A stretch of 64,000 bases of DNA, taken from positions 858,599 to 922,598 of the forward strand of contig CM082581.2 in assembly GCA_040954595.2 (NCBI GenBank), given 5' to 3'. Positions within the stretch are counted from its first letter, which is position 1. Every line of letters starts with the position of its first letter. Made by a program: the position numbers and the translations under genes. The DNA is from Balanoglossus misakiensis (Eukaryota > Animalia > Hemichordata). Of the stretch, positions 26,281-39,100 are shown one piece after another. Below the pieces are notes generated by a model that saw only the letters and a program-made list of their open reading frames with translations, was not told where the DNA came from and made no database searches.

Positions 26281-27329
26281 AATTTTCCGCGTTTTTTTTT
26301 TTGCCAACGGCGCGCGCGCGGTGTCTGGTATAGAGAAAATAACATGCAAGTGCGCGATTATTCATTTGTAAAAAATCAGTTATACATTTGTCATCAACGT
26401 TTGAAAACTTTCAATGATCTTACCTCGGTAAGCATTTCAAATAGGTACATTTTTATTTAGAACCATCGTATGTGGAAAATAATAAAACACAGAGTGGGGA
26501 TTGGCCCTATGTTTGACTTGATCATACCCAGCTCGGTTTGCGTTTTGTCATTGACGAGGGTGTCAGACTTTTGCTGAGAGAGTGAGTTTCTATAGCGTAA
26601 ACGTTTATCGACTGGACTTTCTGTGCGCCAACAATTACATTATTTGTGGCCGGGGAACACGTGCAACTTTTGATGACTGTTTTTCTAGCGCCGTGTTTTT
26701 ATCTTACGACCTAGAATACCTGCTTTCGTCACCATGGTCTGCTCTGCACGTACTATGCTTTCCAGTTTATGTAGCTTGAAGTTGTACCACATTTTGGTTT
26801 CCGAGCTGTAGCGAACATAAAACCGAAACTAATAGCTACGTGTTGACCGCAGCGACTGCGTGTTTTTTTGTTGTATTCCCAACCTACAGTTTATTCTCAT
26901 GCAGCTCAGACTGAGGTCGCTTCTAAGAGAAAAAACAACAACATATTTTGGCTGCTGCCAGACCAGGAATGGAAAATCTTGTGTGGCGCTGGGCTGCATT
27001 TCTCTGTAGGACTGTAGTTGTATTGTGCAAGGGTTCGCCAGCATCGCCTTCAGACTTGTTGTCATAGTCACTGGTGGCGGTTTGTCCTGCACTACTCGTC
27101 GTTCTATTTGATGCGGTGGTATTATTCCCAGATGTCTGTGCCGAGGATCCTGCCCGTTTTCCGATTCTCTTCGTTTTGTCGGCCATTTGCTTCACTTTTT
27201 CTGTCATTGTTGCGACGTCAGTCTCTGTTGTTGTTCGAAGGAGGCGAAAGTCCATTCACCATTAATAGCCGAATTTCCAAGATCGTCCGTTAATTACAAT
27301 GCGACGTCACGCTACCATGTCCTAAGAAA

Positions 27330-27530
27330 GACTACAGGGCACATTTTTTTATCTCGTGCGCACGACTTACGTGTGCATGTGATATTTTCTCGTGAACACG
27401 AGTGCGCTCGCAATTTTCTCGTGCGCACGAGATATGCACGAGATAGCATGTTTCTCGTGCACACGAGAAAACATCTCGCTGGAACAAGATACTATCTCTT
27501 GCACAAGAAATAGAATAACTGGCAGCCACT
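27330..27530. repeat. Short element built from palindromic ctcgtgcgcacgag-like repeats (probable MITE)
   Basis: At least four ctcgtg(c/a)-(g)cacga palindromic units within 200 bp. Confidence 0.6.
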
Positions 27531-30009
27531 ATGATGTCTGCCACAGGCAAATTTAAATATTCCACTCTGGATCTTCTTTCAGCCCTTCGGAAAACATGAG
27601 CATTTATGAAATCCGGCTCTCAATTTTTCGAGAAGTTCCAGCAGTTGTGGTGTCGCCAAAAACGAATGTATGCCATTCCTGGCGGAAAAAAATATGCAAG
27701 AGACGCTTGCAATACACTGCCATCTACCTGACCGCCCTACATGCCTTAATGTAAGGTAGAAGGTCGGGCGGTAGGAAGAGTTCACCAAAAGAGGGCGCAT
27801 TTTATCATCCATTGATTTATACTGTGTACGAGCAGAGAAGCCTCAGTGTTCGCGGTTAGAACCGTATCGGTAAGACAAAGACAGAAGAGTTGACAGACAA
27901 CAAACTTATTCAGTTTATATCATATAATTCTTACTGTAAAACGTTCCCTGAATAAAGCCTTGTGCTCATAAGAACATTGAAGATTGTCGCATACAGACCG
28001 ACACCCTTTTATCTATTGTAGGTATTGAATAGAACGCTAAATACCTGTGTATTTCTTATTCATTAAGCAATGATGTAACACAACAAGTTTCGGACAGTGT
28101 GAAGAAAGGGCCAAAGCACTCTTGCAAGTTAGTGTTGTGTACTCTTTTCCAACACTGCTGCAAGCTGTTCAGCACCTGATGCTGCTTGTATCTCCGATGA
28201 CAAATGGACAGTCTGTGTGCTGTCAAAGTAAATCCATCAATTTTGCGGAGCTGAAAGGAAAATGACAGCTTGTCAAACTCAAATCTGCCAGACGAAATAG
28301 GGAAAGAAATGCATAACAGGTAATCCACCATAGTATGAATTTTAGCCAGCATCCTATGAAATGCGGTGAAACGGAACTGCAATTAATTTTAAATAATTCT
28401 GCTCAAATTGTTTTGTTAGTTCTCAACATTGGATTGGAACCGTTAAATATATTGTACCGTATAACATTATCATACAGGTTAGTATGTCAAATATTTTTCC
28501 ATTTGGCATTTTCTTCTTGAGGTCATTTCAACAGTATGCACACCACAGTTTGTGAGATATGGACAGAAACAAACAGGAATCTATGCAATGTTATAATAGT
28601 ATATTATTGTTAACAAGAAAGCGGCAACTCTCTGCCTGGCAGAGAATAATGATAGTCTTTTTGAAAAAAAGGGCGTGCTGAGGATATGGTCAGTCAAAAA
28701 CATACATGTATAAGGTATGCCTGAACTAATTTTTAACATGGTGTACATAAATATTTATGCATTGTCACAATGACTGGAGGTCTTTAAATGACCAAGCTGT
28801 ATGGACACCTCATTCAATGTTACATATATTTGTTATTACATGTTTATTGAAATTGCCAGTTGTCTGTTTTAATTCTGGCAGTTCTGCTGTGTCTTTTGTC
28901 TTGCCCTGACAGAATGCAGTAATATTTGCAGTACAAGAGGAGTGTCAGTAAATAGTGGAGCAATATCTTTCTACGAATGTACTCATGCTTTGCTCCAAAG
29001 TGAAGTACATTCGCAAAACCAGTTTGGGAAATCGGGACTCTTTTCAAGATAATACCACATTTTTGTGGATGTCACATGACATGGAAACACTCTAGAATCA
29101 CGATTGAGATAAGGTTTCGGTTTGATATACCACTTCCTTGTTATTTCAATCTGTATGTTTTCTTAACCCCCTCCCTCGAAAAAAGGTAATTGAGGTAATT
29201 GTAAAATTACCTGAAAACAAACAGGCTACTCTAGCCTCCATTTTATGAGGTTTGTGATGTAACATATTTTGAATTTCGTGAATCGATCAAAAGTTTCCGT
29301 GCACTAACTATCAAAACTATACCAAAAAATAATTTGGGCAATTCATAAGGAGAATCTAGTGGGTCAGCGGCTATAGAACTGACGTAAGTGTAAGTATCAG
29401 AGGATTGTGGGTACGAGGCTGGGAAGAGCAAAACTCGAACACTCATGAAATCTACACGTGACGCCAAATTCTTTGTAATATGAACAGTGGAAAACTGCCA
29501 TGCCATCCCTCTAAGTGCAAACTTCCAAAGATTTCAATCTGGTGATATTTAAAAAAAAATATTTTATTCAAATTCATGTGGTGATATTTAAAAAAAAATA
29601 TTTTATTCAAATTCATGTTATAAATTAAACTTGCATCTATGATATAGAAATGACTCTGTCTTATATAACAAAAATACAAATAACTTGGTTAGATGACCAA
29701 AGATTTCCCATCTCGAAAAGTTTCTACCAAAATGACTAACTCCAAATCTGCTAAGAGAGCCCTAGCAAATTTAATCACTGCACATTACTCTCGATAAAAC
29801 GAAATATTGCGCATTCATTTTGTCCTTGAATTGAAATGCATGGCCAGTGTTCATAGACTTCACACACACAGGATGTTTAAGGAGTTGAATTGTTATTGAC
29901 AGCGACCAGGTCGGTAGATTCTATAGGATGAAGAAAAAATGAAAAGACAGTCAGTACATAGCTAAATTCTCCTATACAAGGGCGTCTTCAATTGGTACAG
30001 TGACTGACT

Positions 30010-30080
30010 GAATGGATGAATGAATGAATGAATGAATGAATGAATGAATGAATGAATGAATGAATGAATGAATGAATGAT
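30010..30080. repeat. (GAAT)n microsatellite
   Basis: Read directly from the sequence. Confidence 0.95.
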
Positions 30081-30161
30081 GAACGGATGAGTCGTAATAA
30101 TATGCTTCAATCATAGGGGCTTTGAAAATTATTAAAATAAAATAAAAAATAATGTACTCAC

Positions 30162-31115
30162 AACCGACATTTATACAGCAGACAGCTCAAGAAACTCCTC
30201 CATGTGTACAATACTTTGCCAATTTAGTGACAACATCAGCTTGCAGAGCACGTGAGCACCGCTTTCGCCAGCCTGTGGTGCCCGCATATCTTTTTTGTTC
30301 AGCAGTAACATGCACGACACATGCAGAGACACAAACGTCCATGTTGCAAACTGTAGATGAAAGCATCAGCTGCGCTGGTTTTATGGTCAGCATCACTGGC
30401 TGTTACATGAAAACTGTTTGTCACATACCTTAACCAACATATACGTGTATCTGTATGGAAAGAAAGTAGGCTCACCCCCGGTACAGTATTATTTTTTTTG
30501 CATGCACGCAATGGCCTGAATTTGCTAAACTGGGATCATCTGCGCGCATTTCAAAACGTGCTCGTTGCTTAACTTCGCGTGCTTTACTACTCACAATTAT
30601 TCCACTTGTGAACGAACACGTCACCCAATTTTACAGTGTAGCCATGTGGAAAACTGGTGACAAGGTAATATTTCATTCGAAGATCAACCTACGTTCAGAA
30701 AGTTTGCATTGTGGTGAATTCTCACTGCTCTCGCAATGCGGTCTGTGGCGCACTGCCGCAGACCGCATTACACGTAGAAATAAATTCTGTACGTCACAGT
30801 TCGTAGGTCGCATAGGTCATGGAGTTAATCCATTATACATTGCGGCTTACAATTTCTCGTGACCCTCTTATCATGCAGCTTGTGTGTTACTGACCACTGA
30901 CGCATGTCAAAACACTCAATATTTTTTTTAAATTTGCAAAATCTTTCATTTTAAAGTTGTGATACTCACTGCAGATAGCATTCTTTTCAGTAGGAACTAT
31001 TTCTGCTGCCATTTCAATATTGTCTGTATTCCATGTAAATATATTTCCTCCAATTGAACAGTCCCCCGCCACAGCTGCAACCTCTTCTGCAGTCAGAACT
31101 TTTGACCACATGTAT
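30162..31115 (-). pseudogene. Degraded exons: pentraxin-domain C-terminus followed by a WSC-like exon
   Basis: 30970-31115 reads YMWSKVLTAEEVAAVAGDCSIGGNIFTW, resembling a pentraxin C-terminus, and ends at a gtgagt donor. 30162-30450 is bounded by ctttccatacag and gtgagt and has YVG*...DVCVSAC...RYAG with broken frames. Confidence 0.4.
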
Positions 31116-33524
31116 GTCATTTAGTCAAGACAATTTGGGAGAACTGTAGTTTAAAGCCTCCAAAGCTGCCACTTTTTGCATTATTTTCATGATTTTATTT
31201 TCCAACTTAAATTGGTTCATCAAAATAAGCTTACTGATAGGTATACATAAACATCTTATCGATGCCCGATTGTGACTGCATGTTGCAATTGGAACATGCT
31301 ATGTATTAAAACGGTGCCTCACCGATTTAATCAGCCTTCATACAAACAATAGCAGCTAAGCAGCTATCGTGAAATGCGACGCCAAGTGATGACAAACCAA
31401 TGCAAATGCAAGTAATATGGCTTAATGGTCACGGGTGAAGATTTTAGGGAATAGGGAATATACATATGAAGTATTTTACTCTGGAAAAAAATATGCCAAT
31501 TTTAGCAGCTATAGGGTTTTTAAAGCGCGGGCGAAGTATGAACAGATGCAGTAAATATCGATACATTGTATTTTGGAGGTTTCTCATAACCATGATTGGT
31601 TGGCTAATTATGCGGCGTTTTCTAAATAAAAGGAACAATATTAATTTATTGTTGGGGCTCACCTCCGTTAACATCTTGCCGTCTCTGCTGAGTTTTGGCC
31701 TCTTCCAGCGGCACGTGTTTGTCCTTTAGGGCATGCTGTAAAATATTTAGAATAGCGCTGCCATTTGATCAAAGGATAAGCTGGCTTCGCGTGTTAGGGA
31801 TGTGTGTCTGACGACTATGCCTCGAAGCAAAAGACACAGCCGACCCTGCCACGCAGATTCATTTGTTGTGTCACACATTTTGGATCCAAGAAGAGAATAT
31901 CAACCTTGACGTTGCGAAAATGACAAGAAACTTTCACTCATATAGGTTGTGTGATTACTTACCCGCAACTTGTTGGGAATTGCTGTCACCAGAGGTGCCC
32001 ACAGCGTGAAAGCCAGAATGACTGCGACGCCTGCATTGGAGTTCGTCATGAATGGAAACATCGATGAACACGTTCGGTCTTCGATGAGGCTAGTGTCCAC
32101 AGAATAGGCATTCTTTTATAACGCAGCTGGGAGGTGGTAAATCCATTGTGATCACCATGCTATTAGTAGCCCAAGCAGTCAAACTTTGCGAAAAATATAT
32201 AAATATGGAAAAATATATCAATGGGATCAATAGTTATTAAGCACTTTTTAAAAACAAATGACACCGTAAGATCAATTATCTTGTTTTCCGCGACAAGTTT
32301 CAACATGGTATGTCAGCGCTACCAGTGAATAATATTATTAGAAACTATGACAGCTGTAACCGTGCGATTAATCAGTCAGATCGCACGGCATTCATTAACA
32401 TATGCAAATGAAGAAAGTACTTCAAACCATGTAGCCGTTAGAGTGGGCCCCGCTGAAGGGTCGCGAAATAGGCCATTTTTTTCACGACATTGTAGAGCTG
32501 ATTTCAGGCGAAGAGGACTGTTTGAAGACAAAACTGTGGATTCATTCGAAGGTAGGTATACTGGATTGTTACTGAATGATTTTTTGGCAACTTTTATGGT
32601 GTAGTTTCTTTGTAATCGCTAAATTTCTGACGACTGTGAAAAAACACATAGCGTTGACATCCTCTCGATTATTTTTAAGCTGACTGTTACACATGGATAT
32701 TTCGACGAAATGTCAAACTTTTATCAAAATATAGATATCAAACCCCCTTTCTTTGAGTTTTCATTCACTTCCAAGCTTTCATAGTGACGATAAGACCAGT
32801 TCAATTTTGTTTACTTTTCAACCTGTGAGCGCCATTTTGTTTACTTCTTCTGCAAAATGGCGGGAGAATACAGCATTCATGTGTACGTATACACGCTGGC
32901 GCAGACTTGATCCTGGGATTGAACCGGCCTGCGTAGTTTCCCTTCCTCTCTCGTGCGAAGAAATTTTGTAGCTTTGTCGTGATTTATATGATTTTATGGC
33001 CTATTTTGACTGTTCACCAAGTAGTTTCTTACTGATTCGTTCGTTGTTCGTGGTAGTCTCGGAAAAGCTGACGGAGAGCAGGGAGCCAGCAGATATCAGG
33101 CGCGAAATATTCTTTAAAAAAACACCGTCTAGTCTTCAGCACGGGGTTTGTGGTTTGAATGTCGTATCACTGCCCAGTTGACCTCATATAAAGGCCAATA
33201 TCATTGATTGCTGATATGTACATGTACTCCCGAGTTTGACTAAACCCTAACAATTATTTTGTGAAAGTTTGCCAGTCAAGGAAACTCACTTTTTTATTTT
33301 ATTGTTCTTTCAGATTTATGAAGACTGGTTTTTGTGGTGGTGTTGGTGTTGTTGCTGTTGACTTTCATTTTAGCTGCCTGAGTCGATTCTGTATTTTGCA
33401 GTAATATTTAACAGTTCTGTATTTTTTAGTATTTTTAACACTACTTACTCTGTAATTTGTACATGTAGTAACATAATTATTAGGTTCCTCAAACATCTCA
33501 AGATTGAAATAAAGACATATAAGT

Positions 33525-36137
33525 ATGGCCAAGTTTTTAGGGCAATGGATACTTGTTTACATTACACTTGTGGTGTTTTTCACCATATTACACACTTGTG
33601 ATCGTGGCTTACTTGTTTCCAATTCACAATCTCTTGGCATTAGTTTTGGACAAGACTGCCAATTTTCAGGTGGCACTTTATGTTTCATCACTAATGGTGG
33701 TTGTGGTACTCTGAATGTCTTAATACATATACTTTATTCCATATTTCTTTTGACTTTACCTTTTCTCTTGCTGTTCATTTTTGTTTCTTTTTCACTCTTG
33801 ACCTTTGATGTTATAAAGATAATCGAAGGTGTCATTTCTTTTTTCTACCCATCTTCCCATCTGCCGCACATGTATAATTGTGCAGTTGTAAAGCACACAC
33901 AGACAGAAAATGAGGTACAAGGATCATGGTCTGATAATGTTTACACAACCTTTATCATCTCTGTGTGTTTGCTTGGTCTATTTGAATTTCCTACAGTATG
34001 GTTGGATTACAGTTTCATTGCAGAAGGAATTATTGTAATCTTTTCAATAATTCATCACATATGTCTCAATTGGACGTTCAATGACAGTATCCCCCCACTG
34101 TCAGTTTATCTGCTGTTGCCACTTTCAGTTCAAAATGGTACATCTATGATGCATCATTTAAAAGAGTGTAAAGGAAAGAAAGCCACATCCTTTTTCCATG
34201 CAATTAAATGCCTTGCCAGAGTTCAACATACACTTGGTAACATTGAATTGAAAGTATCAAACAATGCCACTAGCCAGGTATGGAGTGAAAAATTGGACAG
34301 ATTAAAAAAAAGGGCTAAAAAAATTGCTGGTATGAAATGGTGTTGCCATAGCAAGACAATCTTTCAGAAAGTTAGAGAAATTACACGTCAGTGTGATGCC
34401 TGTGTGAAAAAACTGTATGTCAATCAGAAATGTGCTAAAGCTCATGGTAATGCACCAAATGTATTGCATTCAAACCAAAGCAATTTCAGTGGCTATGCTG
34501 CAGGCTGTATCTTTCTTTGCATAGCAATGTTGTTGCTCTTCCTTCAACCCAGCAAATGTTGCAAAAATAAATATCCAACATTAGAATGTCAAACAAAATC
34601 TTCAGAGTCATTAATACTAGATGATAAAAGCAATGTGTTTAATCAAACAAACACTGTAAACACTAGTCAAAAGACTATCACTGACCGGTTCAGAAACAAA
34701 GGTCACATAAAGGTCATGTCATATGCTATAGTGCTATCTCTGGCTTCCTGTCTTATTTTCATCGGTATTCCTGTTCAACACCAGATTGAATTTTGTGGTA
34801 GGTGCATAAATCTGAAAATGTTAAGCTGTCACACTGTAAAAGACATGAAAGAAAGGATTGGATCAAGCGTATCTCTGCCAAAAAACCAACTGAGTGTATA
34901 TTTGAATGGCAGACTTCTTGATGAAAACTTGATAGTACCTCTTGTTGGCAAGTTATCTGCATATTGTACAGGGAAAGGGGGTGGTAGGAAAAGTGCTATG
35001 GAAAAATGCCATCCCAAAGTTAAATGTGTTTCTTGCAAGCAATGTGGCAAAATGAATGAAGCAAGATACAACCACCCTCTTGATTGGTCTGCTGATCTTA
35101 AGACATTTCTATATGAGAAGTACAATATAGCAGAAACAGACTGTCTTTGCAATGCTTGTACAAGAAAGGTGAAAAGATTGTTCAAAGACCCTGACTATGA
35201 ATGCGTACCCAAAAAAAGACAAAGAACTGCATGCATTCTTGAAAGTGTTGACTTGTGTGAGAGTGAGAGTGTTCATGATGGTAATCTAGAAGCATTTCAA
35301 AATCTGTGTACAAAATTGAGTATAGACAACTCAGGTTTTAAAGGATTTTCATCATTTCCACTGTGTCAACATCACTACATCCTTGCTATGAGAAAAAGAC
35401 ATCCCCTGTGTACTTCGTGCTTATCACGGGCAAACAATTTGTTTAAAATCCCTGATTTTGATATGGTGCAAACATTTCACCAACAAACTAACACACCATT
35501 TGCCCTTACTCAAGACAGCCTGATTTGTTTGAAATGTTATAAAACATTTGTTGCTTTAGCGGAAAAAGCCAGGTGTAGTATTCAACAAGGCCTAATTATG
35601 TCGAGTGATATAGCACTTGCTGAAGAAATTAAAAAATATGTCACAATGCTACAAAAAGGCTGCAGCTGTGACACCGACTTGGTGAATTTTGCATGCTGGA
35701 AAACTGTTGTCTTTTTAGGAGAAGTGCTCCTCAGAAAACACGCCATTCTATTGTTTGACGTCAGGCAATATTTCAATGATTGTTTAGACAATGAATATCA
35801 GACTTTGCGACCCAAGGTCAAGTTACAACCAGTGGAATTCTACAGAAAACCTAATAGCTGGCTTATTCGGGAATTTCTATGTGTGTATTATCCAATTCAC
35901 CTTTCTGTTGTATCAAAAGTGAGTAGAAAGTTCTCCACCTTTTTGTATCGAACAGGTTCAGATCTCACTATTGCCCTCCAAAATGCACTTGTCGAACATC
36001 GCCAGTATGTTGTGCAAGCTGAGAAACAGATAGAGAGGCTTGAAAAGCAAGTAAGAGACTTGAGTAAAGTTGACGTTGACTTTTTCAAAATGCTTGATTT
36101 GGTGGCTGTGAAATTAAATGCCAGCATTTATCAGTAA
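33525..36137 (+). CDS. N-terminal part of the Academ protein: hydrophobic segments, ubiquitin-like domain, Cys-rich zinc-binding motifs
   Basis: 870-aa ORF with several 20-aa hydrophobic runs, TVKDMKERI...LPKNQLSVYLNGRLLDEN...GKGGG, and repeated CxxC. Same frame as 36225..41072, separated by one TAA. Confidence 0.75.
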   Translation: MAKFLGQWILVYITLVVFFTILHTCDRGLLVSNSQSLGISFGQDCQFSGGTLCFITNGGCGTLNVLIHILYSIFLLTLPFLLLFIFVSFSLLTFDVIKIIEGVISFFYPSSHLPHMYNCAVVKHTQTENEVQGSWSDNVYTTFIISVCLLGLFEFPTVWLDYSFIAEGIIVIFSIIHHICLNWTFNDSIPPLSVYLLLPLSVQNGTSMMHHLKECKGKKATSFFHAIKCLARVQHTLGNIELKVSNNATSQVWSEKLDRLKKRAKKIAGMKWCCHSKTIFQKVREITRQCDACVKKLYVNQKCAKAHGNAPNVLHSNQSNFSGYAAGCIFLCIAMLLLFLQPSKCCKNKYPTLECQTKSSESLILDDKSNVFNQTNTVNTSQKTITDRFRNKGHIKVMSYAIVLSLASCLIFIGIPVQHQIEFCGRCINLKMLSCHTVKDMKERIGSSVSLPKNQLSVYLNGRLLDENLIVPLVGKLSAYCTGKGGGRKSAMEKCHPKVKCVSCKQCGKMNEARYNHPLDWSADLKTFLYEKYNIAETDCLCNACTRKVKRLFKDPDYECVPKKRQRTACILESVDLCESESVHDGNLEAFQNLCTKLSIDNSGFKGFSSFPLCQHHYILAMRKRHPLCTSCLSRANNLFKIPDFDMVQTFHQQTNTPFALTQDSLICLKCYKTFVALAEKARCSIQQGLIMSSDIALAEEIKKYVTMLQKGCSCDTDLVNFACWKTVVFLGEVLLRKHAILLFDVRQYFNDCLDNEYQTLRPKVKLQPVEFYRKPNSWLIREFLCVYYPIHLSVVSKVSRKFSTFLYRTGSDLTIALQNALVEHRQYVVQAEKQIERLEKQVRDLSKVDVDFFKMLDLVAVKLNASIYQ

Positions 36138-39100
36138 TCTCAAGAATTCAGTAATTACTGCAAAGCAAACACTGTTGATCTGAGTACACTTGATGTTGAA
36201 TATATTGTCAGTGAGATTGACCCTGTGTTATGGAACACTGTTGTATATTTAACGTTGAACAAAATTGAACGCAGTAAATTAAAAAGCTCCAACTTTGAAT
36301 GGAATAAACACTACTATGGATTTTATGACCGGCACTCTATGGAGAGTAGAGCACGATTCCTCAGGCGTTTGTTTTGTGTGTGTATGCTATTGTTCACTTG
36401 TTCTGATCATTGTACTTACCCATTGCACACTTACCTGGCTGACATTGTTGAAGGTTATAGTAGGTCATCTACTCTAGTGAAAATTCTAAATCGATTTGGT
36501 ATTATTTGTTCTGGAGATACATTGCATAGATACATGATGGGAGTTATCAACAAAAGAACATCAGCTGATTTCACAGAGGAAAATGTTGCAAATAATGCAT
36601 TTTGTATAACTTCCATTGACAATATTGATAAATCAGCTAAATATGCAGCTGTTAGAGCTGATCCAAAGGACAGAGGTTTCCACGGTACTTCTTATCAAAT
36701 GGTCCAACCAAAACCAAAGTCAATTTTGAACAGTGTTGATGATATTGTTTTTGGCAGTCATGACAAACATTCAACTGTCAAAGATTTTAAGCTAATCAAC
36801 ATATATGGTGATGGAAGGTGCTTTTTCAGGAGCATCTCTGTGAGAAATGATTTTGCATTGCGAAATTGCGATCGTCTACCTAATGGACTCCCTTCTGACC
36901 CAATTTTAGCTGACCGAGAGAAAATATTCGCAGACAAGTTAAGAGCAGATACAGTAGACATAATGCGTGCCAATCATAAATACTTTGAAGAACTGGATGA
37001 TGCACAACTTGATGTCCTGTTAGACGGCACTCGTTATATGGACATTTTGCACAGAACACAATGTATGGAAAAGGCAGATGAATATGCTGGTATGCCAGAA
37101 ATGTTATCTGTAGTGTATGTTGCAAAATGTCCATTACATATATACACCAAGCAGAATGATACATTTGTACGAGGAGAAACATTTGGTGATGTGTTCTCCA
37201 AGACTGAGCCTGTCTGTCTCTTGTACACACCAGACAGGCCAGGTCAACCAGGCCATTATGATTTGCTTCTTAACAGGCAGTTAATTAAAAGTAAAGATAG
37301 TCTGGTGAGTGAAAATGCACAGAATTCATTTGAACGGTGGCAGGAATTAAACAGTGGCTTTTGTTCACAAAATACAGTAGACTCTGAAATGAATGAAATT
37401 TTTGGCAATTTTCCTTGTGCAACTAATACTAAAATCATGGTTGACAGATCTATCTCAAAAAATACTGGTACAGATTTGAGTGCACCTGTGAGAAAAGTCC
37501 GTACATTTACCGAGAAAAAATCCAATGATACTGTTCATGATGATGTAGTATTTAAACCACCTCTACTGAGACAACATCAACCACGGTCATCAATTTCACT
37601 GTCAGATTTTGACATTAAACAAGAAGAAGCCATTGCTTGGTCAGAACTGTTTTCAGAGGCATTCATTTTTGCTCTGCAGAAAAATGCAATGCACAGAGCT
37701 GATATAGAAACAGTATTTGGGGATTTTAAATCAACATTAGCAACAACTGCTAACAGTAATGACAGTGAATGCTCAAATGTCATTTATTTGGGCATATCAA
37801 GTGAACACGCAGACTCTATTGAAACTGTCCATAACATTATCAATAAGCTGTATGTTACATTCAGAGTTGGTGTAAGAATAAAATACCTGGTTGTGGTTGG
37901 TGATGGGAAAACTTTTCATCACCTGATAAAGTTAAAAGACATGTATGGTGCAGATTTAGACTGGTTGCAGCCTTTTATCGGAGACTGGCACATTCTAAAA
38001 AATTACCAACCAGTCATCATGAAAATATTCTGGGATGCTGGCTTAAAACATCTGGCAGGGTTAAATTATAAAGGGGGAACTTTGGAAACCCTAGTACAGT
38101 GTACAAATTTCAAGCTAACTCATCGCTTCCTAACACAAATATGGGAAAGTATGTTTAGATGTCTTGTCAATTCCTTTTTAAATCAGAGGGGTGAAATCCA
38201 TAATACCCAGCACTGTCCCTTAGATACAGAAACAGTCAAAAAATGTTTACTAGAAGCTGTCACAAAATCTTTGGAATGTACTGAAGATAAAGCTGATCAT
38301 ATTGACAAAATTAATGGTGACCTCAAGGCTCAACTTACTGGCTTGCAAGAGGAATTTCAGATTTTTTGTGACAGAAGGGCAAATACAGACAAAACTTTCA
38401 AATTTTGGGTTAGATTTATAGAGGAAGATTTGTTTGCATACATGTCTTTGTACATTGCAATAAGGTCAGGAAATTGGAACCTTCGAATATCGGCTTTGAA
38501 AAAAATGAACCCACTGTTCCATGCATATGACCGATCCCTGTACTTGAGGTTAATTCCCAGACATCTTGCTGACCTTCTGAAGATGCCAGACTCTCTGTTG
38601 TTACATTTCAAAGCAGGTGGTTTTGTTTGCAATTTGTCAGGCTCAACTTGGGTTAATGTAGCACTAGATGAAGCCCATGAAATGTGCGTCAATAAAGATG
38701 TTAAAGCTGCACTGCATACTTCTACAGGTGGGTTAATGGAAAGAATAGCAATTTATTTACCCTATAGAGCTATGGCTGCCAAGAATCTAAAAGATCAGTT
38801 ATTTCCTTTCCAGAATGAAACCCATAATTCAGTTAGTGTACATAAAATACATGAGTCAAACTGCAGGTTGTATATCAATTGTCTTGAAGGTGCTGATGTA
38901 TTTTCACCACTTAATACCGCCAGGGAGCTAACTAATATATTTTCAGATGACACAGCAAATAAAATCACCCAAGAAGATTTGTTGTCATTCAGAACAATTG
39001 GGCAACAAGATTTACAGGCATACATTAATGTTAGAATTCTCCATCGGCCAAGCACTGACACACCTGTAAGAAAAAGAAGGCTGAAAACATTTGCCAACAA

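Noticed and set aside
29541-29617. 39-bp tandem duplication
   Set aside because: Real but an ordinary local slippage in AT-rich DNA.
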